NCBI GenBank assembly: GCA_002937505.1
Contig: PTJY01000004.1
Location: 125,186-189,185 of the forward strand
Length of the DNA stretch: 64,000 nt
Source: Alphaproteobacteria bacterium MarineAlpha12_Bin1
GTDB lineage: Bacteria; Pseudomonadota; Alphaproteobacteria; UBA6615
Direction of reading: 5' to 3'
Shown: in pieces, positions 38,514 to 48,658 of the stretch
Layout: each line of letters begins with the position of its first letter
Position numbering within the stretch: position 1 is the stretch's first letter
Translations under genes and position numbers: made by a program
The notes under the pieces: model-generated
The model's database searches: none
Told to the model about the DNA's origin: nothing
Seen by the model: only the letters and a program-made list of their open reading frames with translations

Positions 38514-39293
38514 ATGAGCAGTAATAAACTAAAATTCGAAATTAGTGATAATGTTGCTAATTTGATTCTCCATCAGCCAGAAAAGCATAATGCTTTTGAT
38601 GACCTTATTATTAAAGATATAAAAGATACGGTTGAAGAAATTAGTAGAAATCCAGAAATACGTGTCTTAATTCTTTCTGGGTCGGGTAAAAGCTTTTCTG
38701 CTGGCGCAGATCTTGATTGGATGAGGCGCATGTCTGAGTTTGATGAAGATGAAAACTTTTCAGATGCACGTTCGTTAGCAGATATGTTGAATACGCTTAA
38801 TTTGTGTCCAAAGCCAACTATAGCGAAAGTGCATGGTCCGGCGATAGGAGGGGGCGTAGGCCTTATTGCTTGCTGCGATATGGCTATAGCAGCCGACACG
38901 GCTACATTTAGCTTCTCTGAATCCCGTCTAGGTTTAACGCCTTCGACAATAGGTCCATATGTAATCAAGTCAATCGGAAGTCGTAACGCGAGAAGATTCT
39001 TTTTGACTGCTGAGAGATTTGATGCTTTTACAGCGTTAGAAATAGGCCTTGTTAATGTGGTTATACCAGCGAATGACCTGGATCAGTATGTATCTGATTT
39101 GTCCAAAACTTTATCGAAGAATAGTCCAAATGCTATGAGTGAATGCAAAAAACTAATTGATTACATAGATGGTCGAAATATAGACGGATCAGTACTTGAA
39201 TTTACAGCACAGCATATTGCACGTGTCCGTAGTTCTAGCGAGGGGAAAGAGGGAATAAATGCATTCCTAGAAAAAAGGAAGCCAGATTGGTGA
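38514..39293 (+). CDS. Enoyl-CoA hydratase family (methylglutaconyl-CoA hydratase-like)
   Basis: Crotonase motifs (FSAGADL, oxyanion hole GPAIGGGVGLIACCDM). Position between the MCC beta and alpha genes as in liu operons. Confidence 0.75.
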   Translation: MSSNKLKFEISDNVANLILHQPEKHNAFDDLIIKDIKDTVEEISRNPEIRVLILSGSGKSFSAGADLDWMRRMSEFDEDENFSDARSLADMLNTLNLCPKPTIAKVHGPAIGGGVGLIACCDMAIAADTATFSFSESRLGLTPSTIGPYVIKSIGSRNARRFFLTAERFDAFTALEIGLVNVVIPANDLDQYVSDLSKTLSKNSPNAMSECKKLIDYIDGRNIDGSVLEFTAQHIARVRSSSEGKEGINAFLEKRKPDW

Positions 39294-39384
39294 TATGAGA
39301 AGTTATTTATTATAATATAAACTCACTATAAAACGTCTTTCAAAGATACTAACAAACTGTTGATAATTTAAAACGAGGTAAAAT

Positions 39385-41355
39385 TTGTTGATCTCGAGCT
39401 TACTTATTGCGAATAGGGGTGAGATTGCAGTCAGAATAATAAAGACTGCAAAACAAATGGGTATCCACACTGTGGCTGTTTTTTCCGATGCGGATTCAGA
39501 ATCTTTACATGTCTCTGAAGCCGATGAGAGGATACATATTGGCCCCTCAAGTGTGAATGATAGTTATCTAAATCTTGAATCTATAATGAACGCAGCAACT
39601 ATTAGTAATGTGGATGCTATTCATCCTGGTTATGGTTTTTTATCTGAGAATTATGCATTTGCACAAGCCTGCAGAGACTCTGATATTCTATTTGTAGGGC
39701 CTTCTCCAGAAACTATTAAAGTCATGGGAGATAAGTCAGCCGCTAAAAGCTTGATGCAAGAGTCTGGAGTACCAATTATCCCTGGTTATCATGGAGATGA
39801 CCAAACTCATGATTTTTTATATAAAACCGCAGAAAAAATCGGATTTCCTCTTCTGATTAAGGCTTCAGCTGGGGGAGGCGGAAAGGGTATGAGAATAGTA
39901 AATTGTCTGAATGAGTTTTCTGAATCTCTATCTGGAGCACAAAGAGAGGCAGATAGCTCTTTTGGGGATAGCAAAGTTATACTTGAAAAGTACATCCAAA
40001 AACCTAAACATATTGAAGTTCAAGTCTTCGGCGATAGAGACGGTGAAGTAGTTCATCTATTTGAACGGGACTGCTCAGTTCAAAGGCGTTATCAAAAGGT
40101 GATAGAGGAAGCACCAGCTTCCCAATTGCAGGTTGATTTAAAACGAAATATTTTATCGGCTGCTGTAAAGGCGGCCGGCTCAATTAATTATGAGGGAGCT
40201 GGCACAGTTGAATTCATAATTGATACTGAGGCTCCAGAACCTGATACGTCATTCTATTTTATGGAAATGAATACCCGTTTGCAGGTTGAGCACCCGGTAA
40301 CCGAAATGATTACTGGTTATGACCTGGTGGAATGGCAATTAAGAATTGCATCTGGTGAAAATCTACCCGTATCTCAGAATAAAATAACGCTTTCCGGACA
40401 TGCAATTGAGGTACGTCTTTATGCTGAGGATCCTATTAATGAATTTTTACCGGTTGTAGGAAATATCATAAAATTACATTTACCAGATGGGAAAGGAATT
40501 AGAGTTGACACAGGTGTATCCCAAGGTGATCAGATTACAATTAATTATGATCCTCTTTTGGCAAAAATTATTGTTCATGGAGAAGATCGAAATAAAAGTA
40601 TAATACTACTACACGAAGCCTTAACAAAATTAAGATGTATCGGAATTACCACGAATCAAGAATTTCTTATAAAAGTTTTAGGTCATTCTGTCTTTCATTC
40701 AGGTGATTATGACACAAATTTTATAAATGAATATAAATCGGATCTTGTTTCTGAGAACCAAATAATAACCCATGAAGAAATTCTTTCTGCTGTTAATTTC
40801 CTCTGTAACAAAAATTTACGAACAGGTTTACAGTCTGACAGCTTTGTAAACTCCCCATGGGCATTAAGTGACGGGTGGCGTTTGAATTTGCCTTCTCGTC
40901 TCACATTTCACTTCTTATTTGGAAATGATAAAATAGATGTTGAAGTTTTTGATGATGATAAAGAATCGATAGTTATTAACGGTGGTTTAAGCCATTGTTC
41001 CTTAGATAATATTAGTGATGATATTGAAGTTTTTCGAAGTGAGACAAATATTTATATTGCTGATAATTATAAGCAAAAAAGATTAATCTATGTTGATCCT
41101 GAAATTGAATTTGAAACAGCTAAAGTGAATTCTGGGGGGCTTTCTGCACCAATGCCTGGAAAGTTAACAAAACTCTTTGCTAGGATTGGAGAAACAGTAG
41201 AAGAGGGCGAGACATTACTGATAATTGAAGCGATGAAGATGGAACATTCTGTTATTAGCCCTAATGATGGCGTTGTTGAAGATATATTCTACACAGAGGG
41301 TGAACAGGTAGAAGAAGGGGTCGACTTGCTTAAGCTGAAAGTGAATAATAAATGA
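39385..41355 (+). CDS. Methylcrotonyl-CoA (or geranyl-CoA) carboxylase alpha subunit (biotin carboxylase + biotin carboxyl carrier protein)
   Basis: ATP-grasp biotin carboxylase N-terminus (LLIANRGEIAVRIIKTAK), C-terminal biotinyl domain with EAMKMEH. TTG start 7 nt after GAGG (no in-frame ATG nearby). Confidence 0.85.
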   Translation: MLISSLLIANRGEIAVRIIKTAKQMGIHTVAVFSDADSESLHVSEADERIHIGPSSVNDSYLNLESIMNAATISNVDAIHPGYGFLSENYAFAQACRDSDILFVGPSPETIKVMGDKSAAKSLMQESGVPIIPGYHGDDQTHDFLYKTAEKIGFPLLIKASAGGGGKGMRIVNCLNEFSESLSGAQREADSSFGDSKVILEKYIQKPKHIEVQVFGDRDGEVVHLFERDCSVQRRYQKVIEEAPASQLQVDLKRNILSAAVKAAGSINYEGAGTVEFIIDTEAPEPDTSFYFMEMNTRLQVEHPVTEMITGYDLVEWQLRIASGENLPVSQNKITLSGHAIEVRLYAEDPINEFLPVVGNIIKLHLPDGKGIRVDTGVSQGDQITINYDPLLAKIIVHGEDRNKSIILLHEALTKLRCIGITTNQEFLIKVLGHSVFHSGDYDTNFINEYKSDLVSENQIITHEEILSAVNFLCNKNLRTGLQSDSFVNSPWALSDGWRLNLPSRLTFHFLFGNDKIDVEVFDDDKESIVINGGLSHCSLDNISDDIEVFRSETNIYIADNYKQKRLIYVDPEIEFETAKVNSGGLSAPMPGKLTKLFARIGETVEEGETLLIIEAMKMEHSVISPNDGVVEDIFYTEGEQVEEGVDLLKLKVNNK

Positions 41356-41526
41356 TTGTTTTTGCTGAATAATAGTTAGCAAAAAATGAAAATGCTTCGT
41401 CGACACCCAATTATAGCGATTGGAGACGGGTCTGCCATAAACATTAAGGGTGTAAATTTGTGGGTTAACTTAAAAATTTAAGTTTGAAAATATTTGTCGT
41501 TTTAAATCAATTAAAAAGGCCTGAAG

Positions 41527-42180
41527 ATGAATGATATCCAACAAACTACGGACAGCTCTGATAAATCTATAGATCAAGTTTTAAATGCTATGGCATGTCC
41601 AATTAACACCCGCGTTCCTCCCATTAAACCTGGAAAAGAGTCACCAGAGGTGACTGAGCTTTATAAACTATGCCTGGATATGTATGGAATTGTACCAAAA
41701 TTTATTCAAGTTTTGGCTCACGCACCAGGTGCAGCTAGAAGTTTCCTTGTATTTGATAGAGACATAAAAGTTGCTTCTCATAGAGATGGAGATACAGAGC
41801 GGTCGCGAATGCAGGTGTTGTGTATATTAAAACCCTCACTAGATAATTCATGCCACAATTGTGCTCATCATAATGTAGCACTAGCAAGGCAGTTGGGATT
41901 TAATGAGACACAGCTATCATCAATATCTTCTAACTCTTGGAACCAAAATAATGACTTCACAGAAAAAGAAAAACTTATTCTTGATTGGGCAAATGCAGTA
42001 ACTGATATGTCAGCGCGTGATAAAAATACCCTTTTTACAAAAATGCTAAAGCACTTTTCAAATTCAGAAATAGTAGAATTTACTTATACCACCGCTCTAT
42101 GGAATTGCACTAATCGATTAGCTGAAGCAATGCACATTACGGCTGAATCGAAGGATAAGGGTATAAATTGGGAAGCTTAA
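41527..42180 (+). CDS. Carboxymuconolactone decarboxylase (AhpD-like) family protein
   Basis: CxxCxxHH-type core (SCHNCAHHN) within a ~217-aa all-alpha-sized protein. Confidence 0.55.
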   Translation: MNDIQQTTDSSDKSIDQVLNAMACPINTRVPPIKPGKESPEVTELYKLCLDMYGIVPKFIQVLAHAPGAARSFLVFDRDIKVASHRDGDTERSRMQVLCILKPSLDNSCHNCAHHNVALARQLGFNETQLSSISSNSWNQNNDFTEKEKLILDWANAVTDMSARDKNTLFTKMLKHFSNSEIVEFTYTTALWNCTNRLAEAMHITAESKDKGINWEA

Positions 42181-42199
42181 AGAGATACTGGAGACAAAT

Positions 42200-43108
42200 A
42201 TGACAATGCCCAGTAAGGTTCGCATTTATGAGGTTGGACCACGTGATGGATTGCAGGCAGAAAAACAATCTGTTTCTACAGAAGAAAAGATTGAACTGAT
42301 TGAAAGGCTTGCTGAAGCCGGAATCAAATCAGTTGAATCCGGAGCATTTGTTTCTCCAAAATGGGTACCGCAAATGGCTGATAGTGTTAGTGTGTTGCGA
42401 AAAATTAAAAGAAAACAGGGAACTAGTTATCCTGTTTTGACACCGAATATGAAAGGGTTTTACGGTGCTCTAGAAGTTAAGGCAGATGAGATAGCTCTTT
42501 TTAGTGCAGCATCAGAAACATTTTCGCAAAAAAATACTAATTGTTCCATTAGAGATAGTTTGGAAAGAGCAAAAGAAGTAGCTGAAGCAGGCTTATCTCA
42601 TGGGATGCGCATTCGAGGGTACATTTCTTGTGCCCTAGGGTGTCCTTATGAAGGAGAAGTAAATAAGGAAAATGTTGTTGTGTTGGCAAAGACACTTCGA
42701 GAGATGGGGTGCTATGAAATAAGTCTTGGAGATACAATCGGTGTAGGGACACCTCATAAAGCAAAAGAGATGTTAAGTGCAGTAGCTTCTGAAGTGCCAA
42801 TCGATGAGTTAGCTTTACATTTTCACGATTCCTACGGACAAGCATTAGCCAACATATTAGCTTGTCTTGAGCTAGGCGTTTCTACCATTGATACGGCAGT
42901 TTCTGGCCTTGGTGGATGTCCTTATGCACCTGGCGCATCGGGCAACGTTGCAACAGAAGATGTCCTTTATATGTTGGATGGGTTAGGTATAGAGACGGCT
43001 ATTAGTTTTGATGAAGTCATTAAAGCCGGTCAGTTTATCTGTAAAGTTTTGGGACGAAAAACTACATCAAAAGTTGCACAAGCCTACATCTCAAGAGCAA
43101 ATACTTAG
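42200..43108 (+). CDS. Hydroxymethylglutaryl-CoA lyase
   Basis: TIM-barrel HMGL family: VGPRDGLQ N-terminal motif, metal ligands HFHDSYGQA, C-terminal GGCPYAPGASGN. GGAG RBS. Confidence 0.85.
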   Translation: MTMPSKVRIYEVGPRDGLQAEKQSVSTEEKIELIERLAEAGIKSVESGAFVSPKWVPQMADSVSVLRKIKRKQGTSYPVLTPNMKGFYGALEVKADEIALFSAASETFSQKNTNCSIRDSLERAKEVAEAGLSHGMRIRGYISCALGCPYEGEVNKENVVVLAKTLREMGCYEISLGDTIGVGTPHKAKEMLSAVASEVPIDELALHFHDSYGQALANILACLELGVSTIDTAVSGLGGCPYAPGASGNVATEDVLYMLDGLGIETAISFDEVIKAGQFICKVLGRKTTSKVAQAYISRANT

Positions 43109-43227
43109 TCCTGAATACGCTAAACCACTATTATTAGGTGATTACAAAAGAGATAATGCTTAATTTGTTGTTAAATAATAGAATTATATAGATGGTTAGT
43201 TAGAACAGTCTTGGAAAATTTCGTGTT

Positions 43228-43668
43228 ATGACCTTACATTTGATAAAGTTGGCAGTAGGTGCTGAATCTGTCAAACATCTGAAAGAAAGACAAGCGCTTC
43301 GTTACAAAAGTTATAATACTAATTATGGGAAATCGAATTTCCGTATATTAACTCGGAATATGCCTCGGCGTGGTGAAGAAATTATAAATAAAGGTGGCTC
43401 TATTTTTTGGGTAGTAAAAGGGCAAATACTTGTAAGACAAAAAATCGTTTCCATAGAGTTATTGAAGAAAACGGTAAATGAAAGAAAATGTGCAATTTAT
43501 CTTGATGCGTCATTTATACCAGTCTATCCAAAAAGGTTTAGGCCATTTCAGGGCTGGCGATACTTTGAAGGAGTTGCTGTTCCGACTGATTTACCCAGTA
43601 CGAAAACTTTGAATAATGAGCCGTCACCTAAGATGGTGGCTGAGCTTAGCGATCTAGGATTAATCTGA
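43228..43668 (+). CDS. Conserved hypothetical protein (DUF1489-like)
   Basis: N-terminal M.LHLIKLAVG motif resembling alphaproteobacterial DUF1489 proteins. Weak RBS. Confidence 0.35.
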   Translation: MTLHLIKLAVGAESVKHLKERQALRYKSYNTNYGKSNFRILTRNMPRRGEEIINKGGSIFWVVKGQILVRQKIVSIELLKKTVNERKCAIYLDASFIPVYPKRFRPFQGWRYFEGVAVPTDLPSTKTLNNEPSPKMVAELSDLGLI

Positions 43669-43748
43669 GTTTCCTAATGTTGTTTATTATATAATAACGT
43701 AAGTTTAACCTAACCTGTTACATAAATAATTACTTTTAACTATTTGTT

Positions 43749-43994
43749 ATGAATAATAAAGATACTAAAAAAGAAGCCTTAGAAAGAGCACTAAATACTA
43801 TTTGGAATAAGCCAGATGGAAGTGTTATGGACTGTGATGAGTCAATAAAGGTAATTCGTCAGAACCTTGAAGAAATACAAGAAGTGTGTCAGGAGGCATT
43901 TGAAGACGCGATTCTAATGGAAGTTTCTGCTGAGCAGTTTATTGAGGTTTTAGAAAAATTAGTTGAAGGTTTGCATAACCCTTACAAAAGATAA
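43749..43994 (+). CDS. Hypothetical small acidic protein
   Basis: 81-codon ORF in an otherwise empty inter-gene gap. No recognised motif. Confidence 0.3.
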   Translation: MNNKDTKKEALERALNTIWNKPDGSVMDCDESIKVIRQNLEEIQEVCQEAFEDAILMEVSAEQFIEVLEKLVEGLHNPYKR

Positions 43995-43998
43995 ATTA

Positions 43999-45006
43999 TT
44001 ATGCTTGGTTTATTATCTCATCTACCTGAACGTGTCGATTTTCTTTCGCTGATCTTATGCCAGCTAAAACCACTGCAAGTGATTTAGTAGCACTTTCACC
44101 ACCAACTTCTACTTTATTATTATTTTGAGCAGCATCTGCCCATTCTATTAATTGTTCGAGTAAAGTATCCACTTCCTCAACTTGGATTTGTTTTTGTCTT
44201 GTTTCGTTTTGCTTTAATGTTCTAAGTCCGTCAAATAAGTTGTAGTAAGCGGACATTTTCTTTCCATATACATTCAATAAATAATACTCGGAGGCAGAAG
44301 CGTAACTTGTGGACAGCGTCGAAATTGCACCATTTTTATGGTGCATTAAAAGAGATCCAACGTCTGGGTTGTCTCCAGGTAAAACTAGTTGCGAGGCCAT
44401 ACCCGAGACGGATTTAATGGGACCTAACAGCATTGTCAGAACATCTACATAATGGAGTCCAATTTGTAGCATAACACCTCCTGGCATACCGTCAGCTGTA
44501 TACCTCCAGTGGCCATGCTCAAATTTTCCTTCTCTATCTCTACTTATATTAGCTTCTGCCTGAACTAATGTGCCGAACTCTCCTGAATCAATTTGATTTT
44601 TAATCCATCTAAAATGACTCTCTCTTCTGCGCTGGTAACCTACACTCAGAGTAATACCTGTTTTCTTGCACTCATCTGTTATTGTTTTTGCCTCAAGCAC
44701 GTTATTGGCAATAGGCTTGTCTAGAAAAACGTGCTTACTAGCGTTTGCTGCTGCCTTTGTTGTTTCTAAATGAACATGATTTGGGGTTGTATTAATTATT
44801 CCATCAATGTTTGGATCATCCAAGATTTCTTGATAACTATTAGCGTTTGCACACTTATATTTGTCGCTAAATTTTGCGCGTTTGTCAGGTGAACGAGTAT
44901 AACACGAAACTATTTTTAATTGATTAGAGGATCTATTCACAGCGTCAGCCAGTACATCTGACCACCATCCTAAACCTATGGAAGCTATTTTAAATTGTTT
45001 TTTCAT
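43999..45006 (-). CDS. Gfo/Idh/MocA family oxidoreductase
   Basis: N-terminal Rossmann (KIASIGLGWW) and C-terminal alpha/beta dimerisation domain typical of the family. Confidence 0.75.
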   Translation of the reverse strand: MKKQFKIASIGLGWWSDVLADAVNRSSNQLKIVSCYTRSPDKRAKFSDKYKCANANSYQEILDDPNIDGIINTTPNHVHLETTKAAANASKHVFLDKPIANNVLEAKTITDECKKTGITLSVGYQRRRESHFRWIKNQIDSGEFGTLVQAEANISRDREGKFEHGHWRYTADGMPGGVMLQIGLHYVDVLTMLLGPIKSVSGMASQLVLPGDNPDVGSLLMHHKNGAISTLSTSYASASEYYLLNVYGKKMSAYYNLFDGLRTLKQNETRQKQIQVEEVDTLLEQLIEWADAAQNNNKVEVGGESATKSLAVVLAGIRSAKENRHVQVDEIINQA

Positions 45007-45021
45007 TGTTCATTACCAAAA

Positions 45022-46509
45022 CTAGTTAGTTATCTGTTTGTATTTTTTATTGGATCTAAAAGACCAAATTACTGAGACTATGGACAATATTATGAAGCTA
45101 AGACTTATTGGCGATGTAAAAAAAATACTAATATCTCCTTGCGAGCCTGTTAAGGCAACTCTCAGATTTTCTTCCAATTGACCCCCTAAAACCAATGCTA
45201 GTAGTAAGGGTACAACAGGCATTTCTAACCATTTCATGGAAATACCAATTAATCCAAAAAACAACATTATATACACATCAAAGAAATTATTACGAAGCGC
45301 AAAACTACCTACAACACAAAGTACAGCTAAGGATGGCATTAATATTGAACGGGGAGTATCTAAAACTTTTACAAGAACACGAAGAGATAGTATTGCAATT
45401 AAGAAATTAAAAATATTTGCCCAAAAAAAAGAAAATATTACTCCATAAGCAAAGTCTGCTCTCTCGAGAAACATTAGTGGACCTGGAGCAAGTCCGTGAA
45501 CAATTAGAGCACCTATTAATATAGCTGTTACGGGATCTCCAGGTATTCCCAGGGTCATCATCGGAATTAACGCACCACCTGTAACTGCATTATTAGCTGA
45601 TTCAGGCGCAGCGACACCTTCTATTGTCCCTTTACCAAATCTTTCAGGACGTTTTGATATCTTTTTAGCGTAGTCATAGCTTATGAAGGCTGCAATAGGT
45701 CCTCCAGCACCAGGCAAAGTCCCTAAAAACGAGCCAATCAATGAGCCCAGTATTATAGGAAATTTTATAATTTTAAGATCTGAAATATTCGGAAGTATAG
45801 ATTTTATTTTCGATTGTGTAACAGCACGTAAATTAGTTTGATCAGATATGTGGCTTATTAGTTGTGGAATAGCAAATAAACCAATAAGGGCAGTTAAAAA
45901 ATGTACTCCCGCCATTAAATTAACTTCACCGAATGTGAATCTTTGAGTCCCCATGACGGGATCTTGCCCAACTGTGACTATTGCTAAGCCTATAGCAGCC
46001 GATAAAAGTCCTTTAACAAGAGATCCAGCAGAAAAACTACAGATGATCGTCATACCAAATAATATAATTGAAAACATGTCTTCAGTTCGAAAGTTCAATG
46101 CGAATTCTGCTAAAATTGGTGCAACTAGAAATAAGAAAAGAAAACTTACTATCCCGCCAACAAAACTCGCTGTTATAGCAATGCCCAGTGCTCTTCCAGC
46201 GTTACCACTCGAGGCCATAGGATAACCATCTATGGCTGTTGCAGAAGCTGAAGGCGTACCTGGTATGTTTAATAATACAGCTGAAAAGCTTCCTCCTGTC
46301 ATGCCTCCGACATAAAGGCCAAGCAGTAGCGCAATAGAAACGTCAGGAGGAAGAACGAAAGTAATGGGCAAAAACACAATGATTCCCGTGCTGATTGTGA
46401 GCCCAGGTATCATTCCCACAATTAGGCCAATTAGCACTCCTATTGATGTGCTTAATAATACTATGAGACCCACTGATTGGTTCAAGCCAATTATAATATC
46501 TGGGTTCAT
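45022..46509 (-). CDS. tctA: Tripartite tricarboxylate transporter, large permease TctA family
   Basis: ~495-aa polytopic protein with the TctA signature Gly/Pro-rich repeats (GLIVGMIPGL, GTLPGAGGPIAAF). Confidence 0.85.
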   Translation of the reverse strand: MNPDIIIGLNQSVGLIVLLSTSIGVLIGLIVGMIPGLTISTGIIVFLPITFVLPPDVSIALLLGLYVGGMTGGSFSAVLLNIPGTPSASATAIDGYPMASSGNAGRALGIAITASFVGGIVSFLFLFLVAPILAEFALNFRTEDMFSIILFGMTIICSFSAGSLVKGLLSAAIGLAIVTVGQDPVMGTQRFTFGEVNLMAGVHFLTALIGLFAIPQLISHISDQTNLRAVTQSKIKSILPNISDLKIIKFPIILGSLIGSFLGTLPGAGGPIAAFISYDYAKKISKRPERFGKGTIEGVAAPESANNAVTGGALIPMMTLGIPGDPVTAILIGALIVHGLAPGPLMFLERADFAYGVIFSFFWANIFNFLIAILSLRVLVKVLDTPRSILMPSLAVLCVVGSFALRNNFFDVYIMLFFGLIGISMKWLEMPVVPLLLALVLGGQLEENLRVALTGSQGDISIFFTSPISLSFIILSIVSVIWSFRSNKKYKQITN

Positions 46510-46997
46510 AGTATTAACCTGAGTACTACATCATGTAATACGCCCTGAGGTAAGAAAATATTGAATCCATGTCGAAATACGAAATAGAAAAGAAATGTTA
46601 TCCCGATTGAATTACTTAATATGTAGAGTGGTCTTTTTTCCGAAAACAAAATCATTAAAAAAGCAAAAAATGGAATTGTAGATATAAGAAACCCAAAATT
46701 TGGTAGTATAATCAGATAGATAGAAAAGCCTATAATGGCCCATAAACCCCTAAGATTTTGATTGTTCTGAGTTTCATCTTTTCTTTTAGTGTCTTGGCTG
46801 CCATTTTCTTTAGTAAAAGCTGAGCTTAGCAGAAGTAGGACACTTAAAAATAAAATAATTACTACATTTATCCAAGGAAAAAATGTAGGCCCGGGAGTGT
46901 CTGGAAGACTGCGCGTGGGGAGTTGCAGAGTTATTAAGCCATAAATCATTGCCATCACAATTATGACGATGGCGGCTGTTATATTTTTCCGGCGCAT
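46506..46997 (-). CDS. Tripartite tricarboxylate transporter small subunit TctB family (putative)
   Basis: 163-aa 4-TM protein. Start overlaps the tctA stop by 4 nt. Sits between tctC and tctA. Confidence 0.5.
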   Translation of the reverse strand: MRRKNITAAIVIIVMAMIYGLITLQLPTRSLPDTPGPTFFPWINVVIILFLSVLLLLSSAFTKENGSQDTKRKDETQNNQNLRGLWAIIGFSIYLIILPNFGFLISTIPFFAFLMILFSEKRPLYILSNSIGITFLFYFVFRHGFNIFLPQGVLHDVVLRLIL

Positions 46998-47114
46998 AGA
47001 AAATATTAGTTCTGTTATTTATTAGAATAGAATGAGAAAATTAGTAACTGTTTATAATAAGGAATGTGCGCTAAAGAATAGGGCTGTTCATTATGATGAA
47101 CAGCCCTATTTTGT

Positions 47115-48074
47115 TTACTTAGACTTTAGCAGCCCTGCGCTGGCAAAAATATTCTTAACTTTAGTATTTTCTCTTTTGAGAAGTGCACTAAAGTCCTGGT
47201 GTCCTAGAGGGGACACTTTAAATCCTTTCTTTTTTGCTAGTGCGAGAAACGCTTCCGAGTTTGCAGCTTTTGTCATGGCGTCAGCTAAGATTGTTTTTAT
47301 ATTGTCTGGTGTATTAGGTGGAACTGATAAACCACGGAATAGGTCCAATGAAGCATCATAGCCTAACTCTTTAGCAGTTGGCACATTGGGAAATATTTCA
47401 TTTCGATGATCTGTTGGCATAACTAAAAGACGTATTTTTCCGGCTTTGGTAAGATTTACTGCACCCGTTAAAGGGGCGATCATGGCGTCTGCTTCTCCGT
47501 TAAGTACTGATTTATTTCTTCCCTTTATTCCTTTAGGTAGATGTATAACTTTACAGCCCACAGCATTCATTAGTGCTATTGCAGCTGTGTGGGTTGCGCT
47601 ACCGGTTCCTGAGTTTGCAACCTTTAATTTACCAGGAGAAGCTTTGCAATCGGAAACAAAATCTGAAAACTTTTTCCATTTTGCGCTAGACTTTACAGCA
47701 AATGGTTGTGGTTGGAATTCTACACGTCCAACATGATCCATAGCGTCATATGAAAAATCAGTATTACCCAAATTAGTAGTTGTTAGAACCGAGGTTGAAT
47801 TCCAAGCGATGGTATAGCCATCTGGCTTTGCATTTTTTGTGTGGGTATAGGCTATTGCGCCTCCACCACCTTTCCTGTTCACAGGCGTTAAGGGAACACC
47901 AAGAACTTTTGACATTTCTTTAGCTAAAAGCCTACCCTCAATGTCTGCTCCCCCACCAGCACCAAATGGAATAACAAATTCTATTGGTCTATCGGGAAAT
48001 GATAACGCTGGGGTAGCTCCCACTATAAACACTGCAGTCAAAAGATATTTACTAAAATAGTTCATGAATTTCAT
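47115..48074 (-). CDS. tctC: Tripartite tricarboxylate transporter substrate-binding protein (TctC/Bug family)
   Basis: Signal peptide (MKFMNYFSKYLLTAVFIVGATPALS), Bug-family motif (FVIPFGAGGGADIEGR). Start set at the ATG 7 nt downstream of a GGGAGG. The track's 48101 start precedes the RBS. Confidence 0.8.
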   Translation of the reverse strand: MKFMNYFSKYLLTAVFIVGATPALSFPDRPIEFVIPFGAGGGADIEGRLLAKEMSKVLGVPLTPVNRKGGGGAIAYTHTKNAKPDGYTIAWNSTSVLTTTNLGNTDFSYDAMDHVGRVEFQPQPFAVKSSAKWKKFSDFVSDCKASPGKLKVANSGTGSATHTAAIALMNAVGCKVIHLPKGIKGRNKSVLNGEADAMIAPLTGAVNLTKAGKIRLLVMPTDHRNEIFPNVPTAKELGYDASLDLFRGLSVPPNTPDNIKTILADAMTKAANSEAFLALAKKKGFKVSPLGHQDFSALLKRENTKVKNIFASAGLLKSK

Positions 48075-48106
48075 AATAATCCCTCCCAGTTTATTTATCA
48101 CTAAGG

Positions 48107-48544
48107 TTAAATATCAGCACCGACTGATTTAATAGCAGCTAGAGCGATGTCCTGGTCTTGTTGCCAGTCACCTCCGCTAACTCCTATGCCTCCAACACAT
48201 TCGCCTTGCACAATAATTGGGAATCCACCTTCCATAGCTGTCCATTTATCTGACCCAGCTGCTAGAGCTAAACCAATAGCATGAAGTGTGTCTAGTTCTT
48301 GCCCTTGAGCGCCTTTTTGAGTTGTAGGCCTTTTATTCGACGCTGCTGTAACAGCTTTGGTTGTTGATGAATGAACAGTATGGAATCTACCTCCATCCAT
48401 TCTTTCCAGAACTAACAAATGTCCGCCTGCATCTACAATTGCGACTGTGATTGAAATGTTGTACTCATCCGCCTTATTTATAGCAGTATTAAGCATCACT
48501 TTGGCTCCCCCCGTTGTCAAACGAGGTGTTGTTACAAATGACAT
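48107..48544 (-). CDS. DUF336 (GlcG/HbpS-like, putative heme-binding) protein
   Basis: Motif VAIVDAGGHLL...ERMDG characteristic of DUF336. Start ambiguous (48544 ATG vs 48571 TTG). Confidence 0.6.
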   Translation of the reverse strand: MSFVTTPRLTTGGAKVMLNTAINKADEYNISITVAIVDAGGHLLVLERMDGGRFHTVHSSTTKAVTAASNKRPTTQKGAQGQELDTLHAIGLALAAGSDKWTAMEGGFPIIVQGECVGGIGVSGGDWQQDQDIALAAIKSVGADI

Positions 48545-48658
48545 ACCAGTTAACTTTCTGTTAAATAACAAATTTATAAATAAGTTAAATACAGAGTATA
48601 ATGAGCTTTGCTTGCTATAATGTCCACATGTGGTTTTAACCTATTGAAGAGATAAACA

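Noticed and set aside
41362-41390. Hairpin TTGCTGA-ATAATAG-TTAGCAA after MCC alpha as a terminator
   Set aside because: Short, AT-rich imperfect stem followed by an A-run rather than a U-tract on the coding strand.
47032-47361. 109-aa plus-strand ORF overlapping the 3' end of tctC
   Set aside because: Antisense to a well-supported CDS with signal peptide and Bug-family motifs. Low-complexity translation.
48075-48101. Track start (GTG) at 48101 for tctC
   Set aside because: A GGGAGG RBS lies downstream of it and 7 nt upstream of ATG 48074, which begins a textbook signal peptide.
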